This document shows, piece after piece, positions 59,374 through 64,000 of a DNA stretch of 64,000 nt. Source of the DNA: Lepidodermella squamata. Lineage: Eukaryota > Animalia > Gastrotricha. Location: NCBI GenBank assembly GCA_047495785.1, contig JBLDXI010000001.1, forward strand, positions 3,100,001-3,164,000, written 5' to 3'. The notes beneath the pieces were generated by a model that saw nothing but the letters and a program-made list of their open reading frames with translations, was not told the DNA's origin and made no database searches. How positions within the stretch are numbered: the stretch's first letter is position 1; each line of letters starts with the position of its first letter. A program made the translations under genes and the position numbers.

Positions 59374-61545
59374 ATTAATGTTGGTTGGAATATAGATTGT
59401 GGTGAAGAATTCGAATACTGTCTTTGAGGGCCTGTGAAGCGATATCGATGGCTGTGCCGGCGCTGATTCCATAATCGCGCAGAAGTTTTAAGTTTTACGG
59501 CTTCTGTTGTCAGGGATCCGCGGGCACCGATATATAGTCCATGTACTTCTATTGAATCTAGGTTGTATGCTTCGCAAATAAACTTGCTACACTGCTCGTA
59601 TATTGCGCGTTTTTCCGCATCGACCAATTCGAATTGGTTTTGCGAAGACTCGCATCTGATAGTTGGATCAATAATTATTCCTGTTCGGCTTCCTTTTCGG
59701 AGGGCTAGGACATCAAAGCGTCGAGAAGAGCCGTTGCTGGCTACACAATGTCCTTCCTCAGTGACATTATATCCCTGGCCGCGCAATTCGCTCGCTATTT
59801 TCTGGCGAATTTTGTTATGTCTCGAAGTGATTAGCAACGAGTTGTAGGGGCAGGCGCCAAGGACGTGAGCAAGAGATTCAATCTCAGCGCCGCATCGACG
59901 ACACTGGTTTCCGTCCTGACTGACACCTGGTACCCCTCTAACCGGAGCCGTGTTTGTAGACATTTTGATCGCCATGGTCCATTCAGCAACGCTTAGCCCA
60001 TTTCTCCGAAAAACCCAATTGTTTGTTTTGGGCACGCATTTGAACTGGGCAACTCCTCTCCCTTTTTGATCCAAGCTGCACCATGTTTCAAATTCTCGCA
60101 GTCGAAGAGCGCTACGTATAATTTTAGCATTCGGAGGAAGATTTTTCTCCGGGTCGAATCGATCATCGTTTTCCAATTCCTCATCCAGATTCTGATCAAG
60201 CTCATCATTTTTAAGGTCAACATCAAGTTTCGCTAGACATTCTTCCATTTCCTTCTCAAGGTTTCTGCAGGCCAGTACCAGGGGTTCGCCGTTAACTAAC
60301 AATTTTCTACAAATATTATATATTTGAAGATAAGCTTCCCAAGTAGCTTTCGGAAGGCCAAGACCATGATGTTTACGAGCAGCATAGAAGAAGCTAGTGG
60401 GCGTGCTTGTAGGCAAACCGACGCATTCTTTAACGACGCTACGCATAATGACGTCAACGGATTCCAAAAATGTTTTCCTGATCGCTTTAATTGGCGCCGT
60501 TTGAAACGGATAAATAAGCTTTGGCCAGATGAACTGAGTCAAAATAGTCAGTTTTTGGTCTGCTAGTAATAGGTTCGAATTTGCTAGCAGTTCTAGTTGT
60601 TCCTTCAGTTCAGAGAAGACGGCTGCTTCGTCGAACACAATTTCATCATGGAAGGTGACGCCAAGATACTTGATCGTTTCATCGTTTTTGATTGCCGGAA
60701 TGGAATCTCCGTTGCTTAAAATCAAAGGATCGCAAGATAAAACACCATTTTCCACGATAATCGCTGCGCATTTCTTTACGTTAACTTCCAAGCCTATTTG
60801 AGAGAAGAGGTTTCGAGCCATTTCGACGAGTGTTGCAGCGGAATCACGACTATTTCCTACTGGGGTTGTGTCGTCTGCAAAGCCGAGCACTGAAACGTTT
60901 GCTAGTTCTGATGAAAGCTTAAATAAGCCATAGGCATCAGCTACTTCTTTTTCTGACAATTCACGAAGGACAAAATCGATACAAAGGTTGAAGATGGTTG
61001 GTGAGATTGGCGAGCCTTGCATAACTCCTCTTTGAAATGAGATTTTAGAAGTTTTGTGACCATTTGCCTCGATCTGAGTGGAATTATGATTAATTAGCTC
61101 CAGAATCATTTCACGCAGGTTGCTTGGTATCGGTAATGTTTCCAGAGTGCGCTGAATGTGCTCAAAGCCAATGTTGTCAAAGGCTTTTGCCAAATCCAGA
61201 AAGGTTACAACGCATGTAGACTTTTCTGCCTTCGCTTTTCTTAGACAACCGGAAACAATCGACGAGTTTATATGTGTACCGGCGCATGATGTAAATCCAC
61301 GCTGGTTAGACGAAAAACTTACGTATTCTCGTAGTCGTCGATCAAGCATTCGTTCGAAAACCCTTCGAACAAGTGAGGTTATCGTAATTGGACGGCAGTT
61401 GTTTGGGTCACCCAAATCTCCAGATTTGTCGATCAACACTGTTCTTGCTAATTTGAGGCTCCTCGGAAGCATTTTCCTTTTCAGCATGGTGTTGTATATA
61501 ATGCACTCAACACGGACTTGCAAATTTCGGGTATACCGAGCCCAG
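59374..61545 (-). mobile_element. 5'-truncated RLE-type (R2/NeSL-group) non-LTR retrotransposon: RT + CCHC knuckle + restriction-like endonuclease
   Basis: RPITI...NQRGF...FLDLAKAFD...GVMQGSPISP...FADD...KYLGV; CRRC..ESLAHVLGAC; RHN; RRFD...IIDPTIR...EKRAIY...IGARG. A 7-bp duplication at 59484-59497 frameshifts the C-terminus. Confidence 0.9.
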
Positions 61546-62949
61546 TTTCAGCAGTCACGCGTTCTCGCATTCTCGAAGCTCGAAGCTCGAAGTGCTCGAA
61601 GCTACGTAAGTGGTCTGCTGGCCCTTTCTGTCCGCGAAACCTTGGTTTTTAAGTAAAAATTATTATTCTTATTATCAATAACAAAAGTTGACGTTTCCCG
61701 AGTTGACGTTTCCAATATTCTAGGGGAATTCCCAAATTAAAAATTAAAAAAATGCACGATTTTAAGGTCAATAATTTCCAATAATGACCAATAATGATGT
61801 TTATTTTGACAAGCTCGAAGCTACATTTTTTCCTAGAACTATCAAAGTTGAACTAAGCCATATTTATATATTCAATAAAGTGAAAATCAATAACGCGACA
61901 ACGTTTGAAGGTGCTACGGTTTATTAAGCAAACATACACTGGTTAGCTTTATTGGAAAAATGATTTATTATTCTCAATAGAAATCGTAAAAGCACCCGAA
62001 GCAGCGTGAAATCATTGATTGAAACTATTTTCACAAGATGCATCCGCGTGATTTTTTCAAACGACAAAAGCCATACTTTGCCGTTTTCAGCTCAATTTTT
62101 CTGTTCGCTATTCTTAATCTTGTAATATGGGGCAACAACCATTCGCCGTATCTAATTAATTTCATCGTCGCCAACTTCAATCCGAACTTTATTTTTCAGC
62201 AATAAATAACAAATAATGATATCATACCTGAGCTATTCCACAGCCGTTTTTTGGCGTCTAATTATGCATCATCCGGATGTTTTCGGACCTTCTTGTGGCC
62301 GAACTATTTTCTTGCCTCACTCTCAATTTTGGCATAATTGCATTGAATTTTGGCCGATGCAAGGCATTGCATTTCCACTTACGAGTAAATGAACCCTCAA
62401 GCCCTAATTTAATATCCAATGTTCCCTATAAACTCCAAAACTCCGGTAAGGTCCTATTTTATCATTACAAGCGGCCGGTTGAGGGTTCAAGAGGCAAAGC
62501 AGCCGGAAAGGTCGCCAGCCGACCGCCGTTTTTAGCCGGAAGCGAAAATAGCTTGAAAACCACTGGCCACTGGTCTAATGATTCCAAGAAATCAAAACTC
62601 CACCAGGAGTGTTAAGCATACGGCGGACCAATGTCACCCGGTTTGCGGGGAAATGGTCAGTTCACATCACACGTCGACAATGGGTGCGTTTCTTTATCTC
62701 AATTTTATTTCATTTTTTTAAATAAAATGAAAATAAAATGGTCGTTTCATCGATATTCATTGTTTATAAATTTTTTGTGTTTTCACGTTTCTATTCATCA
62801 TTTTATTTTATAAAAGAGCGTAAATAAAGCACGCGTTTCATCGGAAAAATCATTTTTTTCAGCTCAAGGAAAAACAGGGGGGTGAGCTGATTTGGTCTTA
62901 TTTCACGCTTGACTTCTGAGGCTTTTCTGCGGAAAAAAGCTCAATTTTA

Positions 62950-63722
62950 TATCGTCCTATATAACATTGCGCTAGTAAAAGAGTTCAGCAGAACTTGGTT
63001 CTTTCTGGCAATGTTTGAGCAGTGACACTTCAGCAACTGCCACTATAGCAGTTGTGTTATTCAGCAATACAACTATAGAGCCCACGTCATTTCAGTTGAG
63101 GTCATAAAAGCTAAGGACATCTGCTCCGTGTGGAGCGTTGTTTCGAAAATAACATGAAACCAGCGAAATATCAGCAGATGCCAATTTAGCAGATAATTAT
63201 AATATAATTATGCATTGAAGTGGAAATTAGCATCAAACTTAATTTCGCTCTGCGACATTTGCCCCATCGACATTTGCGCCCAAGGCAACTGAAACAAAAA
63301 TAGTGTGAAACTACATTCGCGCTGGCGACAACTGAGCTAATTATAAATTAAATATTAATTAGTGGTGAACCTTGGCTATGGCGAGCGGAACTAGCATGCC
63401 CAGCTCCACCTCTATAGCTTTTTGAAGGTCCAATATATTTCAATAATAATAACAATAATAAAAATGAATTTAACTGAGTTGTCGTTGGCTCGAATGTCTG
63501 GCTAAGTTGTCGCTTGGCTCAGCGCAGTTGGCGCAACGATATTAGAGCCTTTAATTCGACGAATGTGGAAAACTTCTACTGCCCAAATATATTATTACAA
63601 ATCTTTTGCGGAAGTGGCAGTTGCTGAAGTGTCGCCTGCTCAATCGGCAATGCTGAGGTGAAGTCGTTGAACTACGTTCTACTGAACTTTCCTAAAATCT
63701 ATAATGTTTCGATGGGACGAAT
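62950..63722. mobile_element. Old TIR element with a nested foldback
   Basis: GACACTTCAGCAACTGCCACT (~63024-63044) is inverted at ~63610-63630 within ~100 bp imperfect arms; GACAACTGAGC/GAGTTGTC-type units inside. Confidence 0.6.
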
Positions 63723-64000
63723 TTAAGATCGGCGCTTCCCCGGACGCTCTCATGCTCCTATGGGCTTAGGGCAATCACGTTCATACGTTCAAACTACGCT
63801 CAAAACATTCATTTTTTTCATTTCTTTATCAGTGCGTAGTTTATAAACAGCACGTGTCGTTTCATTCACATTTTCTTTTCCAAAATCATGAAAAAAATGT
63901 GATAAAGAAATGACGTTTTATTTTATAAAATAAAATGGAAAAAATCGAATAAAGAAATGATCAGTGTTCCGAGTGCGGGGGGTACGGGGGTGGCGCGTAC

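Overview
This is eukaryotic (invertebrate animal) DNA, not prokaryotic. It has AT-rich GT-AG introns, mostly ~50-60 nt, AATAAA signals, LINEs and MITEs, so the ORF track fragments most genes; I rebuilt the spliced models by hand. All host genes are on the + strand. In order: a two-exon permuted-papain (PPPDE/LRAT-like) thiol enzyme; an EPS8-family gene with about ten SH3-type modules instead of one; a tandem cluster of five divergent Cys-loop (pentameric) ion-channel subunits, three of them fused to an N-terminal Sushi-like + EGF + mucin-like stalk; two tandem stand-alone GIY-YIG proteins; an ANKRD34/63-like ankyrin gene; a small Ser-rich ORF; a predicted secreted protein of four tandem GABA-B-type Venus-flytrap domains with no 7TM; and a partial two-domain duplicate of that gene whose new hydrophobic C-terminus comes from the antisense tail of a CR1-type LINE. 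The 43-64 kb interval is otherwise mostly transposon debris: MULE, RTE, RLE-type non-LTR, hAT and other MITEs, and a TRMT10C fragment. The best candidates for undescribed biology are the stalked Cys-loop channels, the multi-flytrap secreted proteins and the poly-SH3 EPS8, which may together form a sensory-cell toolkit (inference only). Family calls come from motif recognition by eye; no searches were run.
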